DNA of 64,000 bases from Klebsormidium nitens (Eukaryota; Plantae; Klebsormidiophyceae), in the NCBI GenBank assembly GCA_000708835.1, contig DF236955.1:124001-188000 (forward strand), in the 5' to 3' direction. Shown here in pieces: positions 1-13,766 of this stretch (position 1 is the stretch's first letter; every line of letters begins with the position of its first letter). A model generated the notes under the pieces. That model was given only the letters and a program-made list of their open reading frames with translations, did not search any database and was not told where the DNA came from. Both the position numbers and the translations under genes were made by a program.

Positions 1-550
1 GTCGATCATGGTCCTATATGATGGTGTATGTGGAACACGCGCCATGTCGGGCCCCATGGCCTGGCCGCTATGCATACTGTTCATTGTGGTCATGCAGACT
101 TGCAATGTCGCTGATTGTCAGGCTTGAGCGTGCATGCTAGCATTTAGCTGACCGCTTGATAATACAAACAGCCAATATCTATCATACTTCATCAAAAGAC
201 TGTGGCGCACTCAATTTCAATCACAATGATATTAATCGGAAGGCGTTCAAGCACGGCATGGCTGCAGTAACCTAATGTTGAAAGTGGAATTTTCTCTATG
301 AGCTAGACGCCCTTGATTATTCAGCGGCATGGACTTCAACATGTCCAATTTCTGATTCCTCTCCGAGTAAGTCTTTCACGACAATTCTCCCAAGTGAAGC
401 TGTCAGGTGCGTTTGCCGTCAGATGCTGCTTCAAATGTTTCATGATGGAAACTAGAGTAAGTCGGCGGAAGGTAGAACCATTCAGCCAGCAGTCGGGCTA
501 AACTCACTCACTGCTACTTGTTAGATGCCAAGACCGACTCTCTTATTGAC

Positions 551-2215
551 TCATACAGAAGGAGGAGAGGGGTCGCTCGTATCCAACCCGGATGAGGTGG
601 AACCGGGTTTGGCAGGATTCTCGGTTATAGCAGCCGTGACTGAAATGCGTGATGGAGGAGGTTCGTACGTCTTGTTTCCGCTCGTTTCGCTCGTGCTGCT
701 CGTTGACGACCTCGTTGGGGGCTCCCAGACAACGGACTTGGCTGCTCTGGAAAGCTCAGCCTCGGCCCGATTTTGCACCTCCTCCTACAGCAGGATCGCA
801 AAGCACATCAACATCCAGGAACCAACTTTTCCTAGGAGAAAGAAGAGCTCCAGTTGAACCAAAACAATCCTTTAACAATACATAGTGAAAACGGGTAGCA
901 AGATGCAGAGGTTCTAGCATAGGCAGCTATTTCACCACAAGCAAGGAGCTCGACTTCACAACTGCTTCCAACAAGGTCCCTTCCACAGTGCTGTTAGAAG
1001 TAGCGAGTTTATTCTTGCAAGCCCAAGGACATCTTTGAAAAGGACCTGTTGCAGATAATAGCAGAACCATCAGGAAAGGGGGGCTAAATAAGATACCCAC
1101 CTGGAACTCCCGGATGAACTCCCGCTGTTCCGCTTGGACACGGCTCACTTCACTGATCAGCTCGCCAAGCGCTGTTCCCAACCGTTCGTTGATTGTCTCT
1201 GCCAGGGCACGACCAAGGAAGAAAGCGTCGAGCACCTGCTTGCTGGTCTGGTCACCTGTGGGATCGCAAGAGATGGGGGCTTACATTCTAAGAGTCCAGA
1301 GAGTGACAGTGATGGGTGACGAATACACAAACATTATTGTGGCACCTTGATTGCAATAACTTCGTGTGAAGACTCCGAACCTCTTGTTGCACATCTCAAA
1401 CGACCCTGTGTCGTAAATAGAATCTGCACACACCAGATAGCCGCTGAGAATCCGCAGACTACAATCAGACACTACAAGATGGACGGTAGGAAAAGCAACC
1501 ACTCCTGAGGTATGACGAGCTCTAACATGGAACGAGCTCTAACATGGATGGGTTCCTTAGTCCCAAGATACTTTTCAAAGCGAACGCCTTGCAACTATTG
1601 GCAATGAAAAAGATCAGTAGAAACCAAAGCGATTGAAAGGCAATCCTGATACTGAGTAAGATTGGGCAAATGAGGACCGCTTGCTTTGGGAAGTAAAGCG
1701 CACCACCTTGAATCGGCTCTAAATCAACTTCTAGCTACTCTAACTGTTTGCGCTTCTCTCATCGCAAGCTGTTGGCATATGATAGCGAAACAAGTCTTCA
1801 CCAACCAAAAAAGCAACTTCCAAGAGGGCCTTTCCTTGAACTGGGCAACCATCTTTTAGCATGAAATTCGCAAAACAAGGCCGTCTCATATGAACAGCTT
1901 CAGAGCATCTTAGAATTGTCCTAAAGCAACAGAGTGACTGCCTCAAAGGACATTCTACTCACCGTCTCTCCGGCCGCCTCCACTTGAAGTCGCAACAACC
2001 GGACGGGCCACCGCATGTGCTTGCTGCTTGTGATTCCTTGAGTGCACGCTCTTCAGAGGCGCAAGGTTGCCGACAAACGTCGACTGTGCACATCGGTTTG
2101 CTGCTCTGACATTCCTCAGATCGTTCCGGTCCAGGCTGCCGCTGCACGAGGCAGAGGCAGAACTAAAAACTCGTGAGCTGACGCTGGAAGCAGCCATATG
2201 CACTGCAGACGCCAT
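551..2215 (-). CDS. Plastid-targeted protein of the At4g13200-like family (3 exons: 2215-1963, 1255-1101, 784-551; 213 aa)
   Basis: GT-AG exons in consistent phase (642 nt). Ser/Ala-rich transit-peptide-like exon 1. The core VLDAFFLGRALAETINERLGTALGELISEVSRVQAEQREFIREFQEEV matches the conserved plant/cyanobacterial LDAFFLGKALAE motif as I recall it. Confidence 0.8.
1515..1548 (+). repeat. Perfect 17-bp tandem duplication (intronic)
   Basis: acgagctctaacatgga x2. Confidence 0.9.
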
Positions 2216-3232
2216 CGTCTCGTTCAACTAGATTGACGACAAACAGATGCCCAGCTCTCCCCTAACGCCAAGAAGCTGTTTCAAGCGCTTTGAAAGAACC
2301 GAAGTGATCCAGACAAATCCAACTCAACCTCCTGATCGACTTTCAAACGGTGAGAATGAAAGCGCCAGCCTACCTGGCTAGCTCGTCTGCTCCAGCCTCA
2401 GGCTCAGGCTCAAGTGGGCTCAAGACAGGTGGAGTTGCTCTTGCATTGACCAATCTGAGACTGGCTTGCCCACCTCCCCGAAAAGCCTCGGTTCCGAACC
2501 CCAAGACGCCATCGTGACAGATATAAAGCCGTTCGATGCATAGCACTGACAAGATGGACGGCTCGATGAACGAGTCAAACTGCGAAGCTTTGCCAGGGGG
2601 GGTAGACCTTGAGTTGACGGGGCCCCCTTCAGGCTTCATCATGCAACCCAATGGCAAGGGCCATGACTCTGACTCTGAGCCCAAGGCAAAAGCAAGCCAA
2701 TGCGCATTGCCATTGAGCTGCTAATTTCTGCATGGTTGGAAGTGCAAATTGCAATGCTGTGACGAGGTTTGCACATTAGTTCGCAGGCTGTGGCAGGTTA
2801 ACGCTCTTCATCGAGGAGGAAGCTTCGTCCTTGATTTGAGGGGCTTTGATGAGGGTGGTGGAGTTTTGACGATTGCTGGGGCTGATCAAGCTGGGAGGAG
2901 GCACTCGAGTTTTGACATTGCATTGGGTTACCAATGCTAGTGTCAGGAATCATTGATGTTTCGATGCCCTTAATCCACCTTCCTCAATCATAATACATTC
3001 ATTAGCTCCCACACTAGAAGCAATGGTGTATGCAGCAGGCGATGCAGCAGAGAGGTAAATGGGGAATAGTGAAACAAAGTCCATCCTGACTAGCCGGACC
3101 AAAGAATGCTGGAAGAGTAGCGGTTGCAATTGTTTCTGCGAAATTCAGAAGAAGTAGGTCCTTTTATGTGAGCCGACTCCTTGGATGGTGGTAATAAGTC
3201 CATAAACTACTGCAGAAAACAACCCTGAAACG

Positions 3233-6200
3233 ATGGCAGTCGTCTCTGAAATTGTCAGCAGGCAGACGCTCACAGACGCGCTCCCCACTTCTGAAGAAAT
3301 GCTGTCTGCACCATCTGAAACTCCGCAGCTTGCCAGCCTGTGCCAAACCCCCAGCCACGACATGGAGTCCAAGTTGGAGCAACTCCAACAGGAAAAGCTG
3401 GAGCTAGAGGCACAGCTGAGATCCCACCAGGACACCATTGCACATCTCAGCGACACGATTGCGCAGCTCAGAGCCATCTTAAAGAAGCAGGAGGGGGCCT
3501 TGCGGGAACAGTGGGGGCAGTTTGTCGCTGTGAACACTCCAGGATCTTTGCAAGCGGTGGACAGGGAGGAGGTCCGGACGCTGGTGCATGAGGCAAAGGA
3601 GAGGGAGAGAGAGGAGTGCACGGAGAGGCTGGAGAGGAAAAGGCAGGAGTGTACAGCGCAAATGAAGGAGGAGACGCGGGAGATGTGCGCAAGGGCGGTG
3701 ACCAGGGCGTGGGAGGAGTGCAGTGCAACAAAGGATGCAGAGATCAGCAGGTGAGTTGACCGCTAAAAGAGCAGTTCCTCATGCAATCTTTGTGCATGCT
3801 GGTAAAGTTTGCAGAAAGTCGTGGAATATTTAGAAGAAGCTGCCTATCTGTATTGAAAAGTGCTGAAGGCTCATTGCTGTGGTTGACATCGAAAACCAAT
3901 TGAAGCACCTGAAGCACATATCGAGATTACTGCGCAGAGAACCTCTCTCAGTAGTTCTCAGCATTTCTCCAAAACCATGGCTCACAAGTATACGTATTTC
4001 TGACCTGATACTTTAGTGCGGCTACGGGTTATTGTTGCGCCTTGGATACCGTCAAAGAGGTGCACTACTAGACGGCAGAAACCCGCCTGTCGAGATTATG
4101 CTGACAACGAAAGTGAACCTTACCCTCGAAATGAAAAGGAGAAGTGGTTTGAGGAGATGAACTGCCTGATGGAAAATTTCCAACAAGTACCGATTCATGA
4201 TTGCAAGGTAGCTCTTGTAAAGCAATTAGATTCATCGACGCGGGACAACTCGCCTCCTATAGCTCTACTTTTCGGGCTCATTCGCGTGTGTGACTCTTAC
4301 ATGAGCTTATCTTTCTTGCTATCCTTGTTCAGTTCAAGTTGATAATCAAGCTGTCTTCTCGTCAGGCTCAAGGAGCAGCACAAGATTGAGATGTTCAATC
4401 AGAAGATGGCGGTCAAGCGGGAATGCCTGCGCATCGTGCCCGAGATGGCAGGCAGCCTCAACCGCTGGCACTTGGCGCTTGTCAACAAGATCCACAAGAT
4501 GCTCCCCACCGACTTTCCAGGTGAGAGCCAGACTAGACTTTCGAGACTTTCCAGGTAAGAGTCAGTCTGGAGCTTCAGATCCCTGTAGAAATCCGTGGCA
4601 CACAAAATAGATCACCCGAGACCCTCATGTTGAGCATCCGTTTAGCTCTGTAGTGTCCAAACAGACGCAGCGACGGGCGCAATTGTCAGAAACGAAAACG
4701 AGTGTGGTTTTATCAAGCTCTCAAAGAGCTTTCGGTCAAGAGAGACAGCTCTCCAGCAGCCAAGGTCCTGGACACATCTCTTACAAGCTCTGCTGGCTTC
4801 CTTCATTTACATCAGTTGTTGTAATCTTGAAAGAAGCACCAACTCGGATTATCCTGACGATCTGACTGACAGGAGAAGGGCGGTCCTTAGGGACAGAGCG
4901 CTTTGGCAACGGCTCCCCAAGCACAGGCAACGAAGAGGGGGGTGCAGCGCCTGGGCGTTCTAGCCCCCCGGACGAGGAGCAGCCCTCCCTGCCCCGTCTC
5001 GCCGCTGAGGGCAACGAAACCCGTACACTAGGTGAAAGAGCGGCAGGTCATATGGAAGAGGGGTCGTTTCAGCAGGCGGCGAGTCGGAAAGCAGGTTCGG
5101 AGGTCGAGAAGCGGAAGAGGCGGAAGAAAGGTGGCAATGTGGGAGCTCTGGAGGGGGCGGCTGGCGGAGGTAAGAAAAAGCAATTTGGCGTGACAGGGTC
5201 ATGGACATTGCTGACATGAAGTCATTCGATGCGTGCATGAGAGTCGCTTGTCTTGGCGAATTTCGATTTATGCTTCCCGAGCTCTCTTAAAACCAACTGT
5301 CAACAGCTAAGAAGACCCAAGAAACGTGCAATGGACCTCAATGACAGGATGTCAACCATTGAGGAATTTATTCCGGATGTAGCTCGCTGACCCGAGAGAG
5401 GATCACCCTTGTCGAATCTGGTTTCGAGAAGTTTGCGAACCTCTGCACACCTTCATGACGTTCCGATTCCAGCTTTCTTTCTCTTTCGAGCTTTTGAATT
5501 TTCAACGTGCAGACACTTCACAAGCTGCGCGCAAAGCAAAGAAGCGGCCGGCACCAGCGGACGAGCCCTCACCGCCGCCACAACGGCCCCAAAGCGCGCC
5601 CCTCTCCTCACGCGCGCAGACCCGGACAACAGCCGTCCAAGCATCCGGCAGCCGAGGTGCGAGATCCGGCGAGGAGAAGCACTCCCCATCGAAAGTCCCG
5701 AAGGGACATACGGTCAAAGCGACTGGCTCGAAAGCCAAGAAGCCCCCCAAAAAGGGGGCTAAGACGTCCGCCGATAAGAGGCCGCGAATCGAGACCCTCG
5801 ATCTGGAGGAGGGAAGCCCATCGGACGGTCGAGATGTGGCAAGGGATGGCGGGATGCGTGCCACGTGGGGGACGGAGCTGCTGATGAGCCCGAGCTTTGT
5901 TCCCGAGTGCGACTCGGAACGGTTCGAATTGGTACGAAACGGCGGCTGGGGGGCGCAGATTGGACTGGAGGGAGGGGGAGAACTGGGAGCAGCGGACGGG
6001 GGGGGAACGGGAGTAGAATGGAGGGGCGGCATGGAAGCGGAGAATACGGAGAGGGGGGAGGCAGCGAGCCGGGGGGAGCAGCACGGGGAGGAAAATTGGG
6101 GAGGGGACTGGGGCGATTTGTCCGGGGGTGAATGGGACGCTGCGATGGCCAGGGCTGAAGCAGCGCAGGCGCGGGAGAATGAAGGTGCGATCAGAGACGG

Positions 6201-7648
6201 GGGGCCGATGCACGAGGGAAGCAAAGAGAAGAGTGTACGAGCGGAGGCGAGACAGCAAGGATCTCCTGAAGAAAAGCTCAGTGAAGAGAACGCCCGGGAG
6301 GAAGTTCACAGTCTCGGGGCAACTGATTCAAGCGCCTGGGACGGGGGGATCCCTCAGGAGCTGACGGTGCTCCAGAAGCTGAAGTCACTGGACTCGTTGG
6401 CGGATGTAGAGGGTGCCCCGGAGGACTCCCCCGGGCAGGGAGGCTCCGCTCAGGCGCATGCGCACATTCCCCCGACCCGAATCCGCTTGAAGCGGCCGAG
6501 GCATACGTCATCGCTGGGTGACTTGCGCGGCCAGAACAAAGAAGCCATGCTTTCGGAGTCGGCTCGGGGCGGTGAGTCACGGCCAGAGGAGACTGCCCGG
6601 GAGAATGAACCGCCTGCTCAGGAGCCAAGCGAAGGGTACAAACCGCCCGCCCAGAAGCGGTACGAACCACCCGTGCAGGAGTCTGCCGAGATAGACGGAG
6701 CGTCCGATGCACCGGAGAGTGAACCGCAGTCACAGGGGGCGGCTCTGGAGGAAGAACCGCCTGGTCTTGCCCGGTTCGACGAGGCGCACCGGCGGCGGGT
6801 GAGGTGTCGGCGGAGTGGCCCGGGCAAGGACGATACGTATGGGACGCTGGCGTACGAGGAGACCGGGGGAGGGGCCGGGGTGTGCTGGGTTTGGTGTGAA
6901 TGCGCTGCCTGCATGGCCGGTGGAGGTGAGAAGGGAGTCCTGTATGAGATTCTTGGGCTGGAAGTGCCCTCTAGAGGTCGAAGAGTGGGCTGTTCGTTAC
7001 TGTGTCTTTCCGTTTTGGCAGCAAGTCCGTCGACCGGAAATGCAGTCTCCTCTGTGCACTATTCTCGGTTCCCTGTGTTTGCGTGTGCCTCAAGAGAATT
7101 TTGAAAGCCTTTTGATGGTAAAAGTGCAAAGACTATCGACGGTTCAGCGAGCGGCAATGATAGTTCCTCTCATGCTGGTCTCAGCAGTCTCAGGTGATGC
7201 TTTCGTTGGATAGAACAAGCGGGAACTCGTTCTGTACACGCTTTAAAAGCACTTCCTTGCTGGAAGCTGTTCTGAAAGGTCGTGTTGATTTCTTTGTTCT
7301 TTGTCGTCCGCTACGTCTCCTTACTGCCTGCCTCATCAACCCTTTCTGTCCTTTCTAAGCCTGCGTACGTAAGCAAACCGTACCCAGTAGTAAGCCGTTT
7401 CGCTGTAATCCTCAGACTCCGATCTCGTACGCACCCTTCGTGTCTCCACACGAAGACGTGGTAGAAAAGCGAAAGCTATTCGTACAGGGAGCGCACGGCA
7501 GCCATTCACGCCGCCCGAGTTCGAGCGGCACGCGGGCAGCGCGCGCAAGAATTGGCGGACGTCCATCGTCTGCTGCGGCAGCGAGCGGACGTTGCGAGAG
7601 GAGCTGGGGGAGTTGCCGCTGCAGCGCGGGCACATGCAGAGGCCGTGA
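3233..7648 (+). CDS. Coiled-coil, low-complexity protein with C-terminal SAND-like domain (exons 3233-3750, 4366-4520, 4873-5169, 5513-6925, 7488-7648; about 847 aa)
   Basis: Phase-consistent GT-AG splicing (2544 nt). N-terminal E/K/R-rich coiled coil and basic NLS-like runs (KRKRRKK). The spliced C-terminus reads VRCRRSGPGKDDTYGTLAYEE..VWCECAACMAGGGSARQPFTPPEFERHAGSARKNWRTSI, which resembles SAND/ULT1-type domains. Further 5' exons are possible (acceptor-like ctgcag near 3214). Confidence 0.75.
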
Positions 7649-9011
7649 TAAGAAACGAAACTGTCTATGGAGCAATTGGGCCGGCCATTAAGAATAGTAT
7701 CCGTTCGGTGACTGAATGGATGGAAAAAAAAGGGTGGAGCAGGGGTCGATCCTTGAGTAGCACCTTGGGGAGAATGCTAGCTCAGGGTAGGAGGCAGGGG
7801 CACTAGGATTGTACATCTGGTCGGGACTATGAGTGAGATCATGTACATTGTACGGTCAGTGTAAAAAGGAAGAGATGGGTTTGAAAGCAGTTAAGGCTAG
7901 AATCGGATGGATGGATCATGAGCATTCTCATTTGACGGTGTGAAGAACTATTCTGGCTAGCCGCACGATCCAGTGTCGAAGGGTCTGATGGTCATTGCTT
8001 CAGCGCAGACACAACCGTCTTACATATACCTAAATTCGGTACGGCAAAAGTCTTGCAAGCTTCCCTGGAGCGTGAGTTTGACGCGCCGGGTACAGTGAAA
8101 CCTCTTAAGAAGACCTATGAAAAGTCTCGTCACCCCCGCCACGAAAGCGATATCCCTGCAGTCAGCCTTTTTCGACGGGCTCGGTCTTCACCTGTGGTAC
8201 GTCAAGAACTTACACTACGAACACGGGGAGCTTCTCGAAGCATAGACATTCAACTCTTGTGACTTATTCTGAACGCGCTAGCGTCGTTCGAGTCCAACCG
8301 TTCTTAGCGCTTGGCTGCCGATAGATCTACTTTTCCGGCTGCCTCCGCGGTCCGAAGTTAACAGGTACTAACTGCGCGGCCGCGCTGCGCATGGGTCGTA
8401 GCATAGGTATATTCAAAGTAACGAGCGCGTGAAGAAAAATGAGATTCGTCATTAAAATTTTAGAACATCATGCTCGAATCAGAAGTGGACATGTGCACAA
8501 ACAGCGATCGAAGGCTTCATGGTGCAGCGCCCAAGCCTTTTAAAGCATACAACAGTAGCTGCAGTTATAAGGCGTCTTAGGCAGGCAAATCCTATATATT
8601 GACATTGCAAGCGTGCACATATAAATTCATGGTTTGCGTAATCAAACCAGCTGAGCTCGACGGATATGTCTTTCTAGCACTTATCAATCGTGACCAAGCA
8701 TTGTGGTTGTCCATACACTCGCACGACAACAGTTGACCAGATGTTTTCATTCGATGAAACCGGCAAAGTGAGCTATGGCCCCTGGTTCATAATCAGAGTA
8801 AAAGTTTTAAATTTACAGCCCAGTGAAAGTCTGCATGATCCTGTACAGCTCATCGGTCCTGATCCCTTTGGCTTACGATATTGTTGAACCGACTGAAGTG
8901 CTCCTATAATTCCAAGCGTACTATCTGGTCTCAGGTACAGGCCGCGAGACCGGAGAACTCGAGACTGTTTCCCTATCTTCACTTTGACTGTAGGCTTTTC
9001 CTTACAATCAT

Positions 9012-11962
9012 CTAGCATCCTCTCTCGTGGACCGTCACCTCCAGAATGGGCAGCTCGTACTCGACTTCGCGCATGGTCACCACGTTGCCGCGCTTCGCTT
9101 CAAACCCTGGGGGCAGCTTCAGGACCAAGAAAACCAGAAGCTTGACTGCCCAATCACGTCTACGCGTCACGACACTGAGCTCGTTTCCACAAAAGCCGAT
9201 AGAGACAGCCGCGTTGGTGGAGAAGTAGTCCGCCCCAGACGTCCTCAGACTCGGGTTCATGCCGTGCTTCATGATGCTCGCGCGGTTGTCCGGAGGCGTT
9301 CCGTGGAAGACGTGCTCGATGACAGAATGAGGGTTGCTCGGAGAGACGCCGCCATTCTCAAGCAGCCCTGCATTGCAGAAACTGATGTGAGCATGGAGGT
9401 AAGGAGCAGAGAGAGTGGGCTCACGTCAACCGAGAGACTGGGATGGTTTGCGGATCTCTGGGATGCTTCGGCTGTATAACAACACACACAACATGTTGAC
9501 CATATTGATTCCCTCAATACCATTGAACCGCTCACACACCACATCTAAAGAATCCGTGACTTATCGATTCCGCAACTTGCCAACGCGGCGACGCGTATCG
9601 CGATTCTCACCTCTCAGGTCCGGCATGTGACGCGCCAGGGTCGCCACGAAGCGCTCGTACAGCGGGTTGCCGCGGCTCAGAAAAGAGTTCGCGCGCACGC
9701 TCGTGACGTCCAAGGTGACGCCCGGCAAGTAGCTCTGAGAACGGACACGGCTCTGTAACACGGGCTCCGCTTTCTCGGGGGCGCGCAGCGACTCCACCAT
9801 CTCGTACAGACGCTGCCAGTCAGTGGATACATCAAAGAGATTCAGTTACTGGCCCTTAAAAGACTTGGTGTTTGTTGAACTGCAAAGTCAGCCACATTTT
9901 GTGAAACGAGCAGAACAGGATCTCGAAGCGGTAAGCGGAAGACACGGAGGCTTTTGTGCCGAGAACGAGCGCGAAAATCGTGCGGGAAGTTTCTGAGTTT
10001 GCTGCGCTCGCTGGTGAGCACAGCCGTGGGGGTCGAAGGTCCTCACGAAGTGTATGACGCGAAGCTTCCGGTTGTGGGCAGAGACACGGAGAATGAGGTA
10101 TAGGGAATTTTACCGCAGATTGAAATGTAGGCAGTTTTACCGAGATTTGCTCTGCTTTACATGTGTCAAAGCTTTGTTGGAGCCACACAAGTCATCTTTC
10201 AACTGCAAGATTGTTTCTGCTCATCTCCATGATTGCAAGGGTTTTACGCGCTAATTGGTTGCTGTCATGGGCACATTCAAAGCAGAGTCCCAGCAAACTC
10301 ACATACCTTTTGCGGCTGCCAAGATTCGGCAATCTTGGCCCGCAAGAAGTGCTGCTCATCAATTTTCGAGGGCTTTCAACACAGCTGGGGAAAAGCGTTT
10401 ACAAGTATCGTTGTGACCCAAAAGAGAGGCGCCCACCTCTTTCCTCTGTGCCATCTCCGCCGCCGCGACTGCGGACGCAACCTCCTGCCCGTCCAGGGGG
10501 CACGCGATGCGGACGTCCGTCTTGACACCGGTGGCGGTGTCGGTCATGGTCATCGAAGCGAAGTCGATTACAGAAGACGTCCACGGACTTTTGAAGTGGC
10601 TGGAAATGACAAAACGAGGATCAGCCTGGACTTATGTAACGCCTTGTTCGAAAGGGACAGAGAAATTGTATCGCTGACGCTTCACTGGATCGTCAGCAGA
10701 TCAAAGCCTTGTAGACCAGCATCCGACAAAGACGAGCCGTTCAATCATCTAGCTTATGCCATTCCAGAAGCTTTGGCCAAGTCAATCTATCGTAGTATTG
10801 CCTGAAGACCAGTGGAGCCTCACTTAAACAATGCGTGCGGACTATAGAAGGAAATTAGTACCGCTTCATCGACAACCACCCGTTGCTGCAAACAGTTGAG
10901 ATCATTACTGTAATACGCGCAGTTGAGGTGGTCAGATTGACTTGCCTTCCGTCACTTTCGAGCAGAACGCAGCTGGTCGATCCCGACCGGGCGGCGTCGA
11001 GGAGGAAGCGCGAGTCGCTCGCGGAGAACTGGTTCCACCCCCCGGTAGACGGGTCCCGGTGCCACACCTGGAGCGGGGGGCGCGGGCCAGAGCTCGAGCT
11101 CGGCGGCAGAGCGAGTGTCTGTCCGTTCTGTAAAGAAACGAGATTGGGATGAGAACGAAATTGAGCTGAGAACGAATCTATGTGAGACCTTCCGAAGCTG
11201 TGCTGAGCTTTAACATATTGTCGGAGTCGTGGGTTTCGTACGGGAAGTCTCGCAGCGCAAAACTGTGTCCCTTTGCGTGCGCTCTTGCGCGTGTTAGCGG
11301 AGAATGGAAGTAGACGCGAGGAGAAAAAGTGAGGCTCGTCACTCAAAGGAGTCAACGCTGATTCATGTTTTGTGTATACCGTCGCGGAGGCACCTTTCAG
11401 CGCTTCCGAAGCGCATTTACACAAACCCGGAGCAACAGCTCACACCCTTCTCGACCTTCGACCATCATGTGACTTAGCTTAGGTTGTTTTCAGCACTCTG
11501 CTCATCAAGCTGATCAAGAAACATATTGGTTCACCGCAGGCCTACAGCCTCGGCCCGCCTCTTCAATCCCCTCTTGTCTGAAAGCCTCGAGAATCACCAT
11601 ACATCTTCAAGTAATTGTTTCGAACGAAGTTAGAAGTCACAGCTTGAAACAACCTCCGCTCCGCCTACCTGGATTGTCGCCGGGGGCCCTCCCGCGGCCG
11701 CGGCCGCCCCAACGATCAGCACCGTCCGCAGGAAGCCACGTGGGCTCCTTTGCTGCATGCCCCTCAGATTGACGGTGTATGTCTCTCCATGCACCGGCTG
11801 GACGCAATTCTGGACCCCATACAGGGTCACTGACGCCAGCCCATTCTGGATGCCCTGCTTGATGACGTCAGCGTGGGCGTTCTGGTAGAGCCGCCACACG
11901 GTGTCGTCCCGCCACCAGACGCCGGGCGTGGTGGGGTCGGGTATCTGCCCGGTGATGCACAT
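9012..11962 (-). CDS. WWE-WWE-PARP-like ADP-ribosyltransferase, paralog A (exons 11962-11669, 11127-10946, 10599-10437, 9812-9611, 9367-9012; 398 aa)
   Basis: 1197 nt in phase. WWE-like GVWWRDDTVWRLY...YTVNLRGMQQRSPRGFLRTV; second WWE-like VWHRDPSTGGWNQF...VIDFASMTMTDTATG; ART core IEHVFHGT...DYFST...LLVFLVL...VEYELP. Intron 2 has a GC donor (aag|gcaagt). An in-frame upstream ATG lies at 12061. Confidence 0.85.
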
Positions 11963-13766
11963 TTTGGGCGACCGGAAATCTGTTGCGCTCTTGCGAAAAT
12001 TGTAACGGGGGCGGGAGAACCAGAAACCGGGAAAGCGTGAGCGCCGTTTGAAGGGGGGCATCGCTGGGAGAAACTGCAAGCTCTAGATCTTTCAGGCAAG
12101 TCCTGCGGCTTAGAGCATGAAGACCTCGTAAGTCGGACGTTTGCCTAGAAGAACCCTGATGCAGGCTCGCATATGAGCATAGTTTCTCTCCGTCAAGTCT
12201 CTCTTCAGCGCGCTTCAGAAGGGACCCCGTAAAGTCCGGCAGCCTGCGTGCCAAGCTTCATCGACCTTTATTCCTTTTGTTGTTTCTTCCAACTCGAAAA
12301 TGCATATTTGGCGCTCGAGTCTATCAGTCTTGATGTACTCTCTAAGTTACATGCCGACACTGCACTGGAAACTTTGTGGGCGATCTCGTCAGCCCACCTT
12401 CACTCTTCTTGTGCATGGCGCTACTTTCACGCCCAGGGGCGATTCGCAGCCACAACAGGCCGGGCTAAAATTCTTCGTCGATCTTGATCCGACCCCGTCA
12501 GAACAAGATCACACTTGCTCACCAGCATGAAATGCGTAACACCAAGCTTGAAACAGAGGGTAAGTCCGTACGAGCGGCTTGTCCAGGAGTTTGACTTCAC
12601 GGACAGCCCGCTGTCTGCACGCTTTTTGCGCCAATGTCGTAACGCCTGAGAATTCGGACGACTTCGCAGGTCCCAAGGCAGCCCGTTCATCATGTTAGTT
12701 TTTCTTTTATACAGCCCGGTTGATGAAATCTGCCCCCTGATAAGAAGCACCTCACATAAGCCGCATCCTCTGCCATCCTGAGGCTGCACCAGAGTTTCAC
12801 ACCGAAAGTCTAACGATTGGACTGAGACTGCGTCATTTTTGCAATGAGCCCTCGAAACAGCCGGGCTTTCTGATTATTCCAGGATGCGAGACAATATATG
12901 TCTCTAGACCGAGCGTCGCGTCCTCATCATTAGTGTACGAGCGACGCTGAAGAAGAAGTAAGCTACTACTTTTTGTACGAAGCACAAGGATGCCTTTGCT
13001 CTGTTTGCCAAAATAAATAATGAGCCACCGTTGAAATGCATGCCAATCGGACTATCGATGCCAGCGAAGGCAAACGCATCGCCTTTTCACCCTGATGATC
13101 AGCTATTCCATCTTACGCCCCTACTTGTACGCAGACGTCGATTGTGCGGAGTTCCGTGCGGAGATTCCGTTGCTTCCGGCGGGCTTCAGACCCGAGTGGC
13201 GGCAACAACATTTCTCAGTTTAAAACATCTTTCTTTGAAGCATGCTTCGGCGGGTGAATCAGTGCGGCATCCATGTCTATCCGATCAGAATTGCAGGCGC
13301 ACGGCCGGTTGTGTCGATCTATTTTAATGCATCCAGAGTTTTGCTCAAGACGACTTGAAAATGCTAGCGAATGCGCAACTTCATGCCAATACCAAGACCA
13401 GTTCTTGCAACGTGCGGTTTATATGTCTGGGCATAGCAGCTTCAAAGTGCGAGAAGTACTGCACGGTTTCTTGCTTCTTAGCGAGGACAAGTGATCAGAC
13501 AATTTTACGCACGACTTCCATCCATCCACTCCGGAGATAAAAGTGGAATCTTTACCCTGAAACGTTCTTTCAAAGATGCAATCACTTCAAAACAATAGAA
13601 GTAGCACCCTGAGCTACAGTATGTCGTCTGATACGTAATAGAAGTTCTGTCTATCAAGGGCCATCAACGTTCGCTCTAAGTGAATTTGATGAAACCATCT
13701 GCTGTTCAGAAGTATCTTTAAAAACATTCCGAACGAGCTCTACCAGATTTCCTTATCCACAAACAC

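Noticed and set aside
2370-2940. Short ORFs between the At4g13200-like and SAND genes
   Set aside because: No recognisable homology, and I could not join them to either gene with convincing splice sites.
5502-6733. Long minus-strand ORFs (240, 233 and 151 aa) overlapping SAND-gene exon 4
   Set aside because: Antisense shadows of a GC-rich, low-complexity exon, with no splice context or recognisable motifs.
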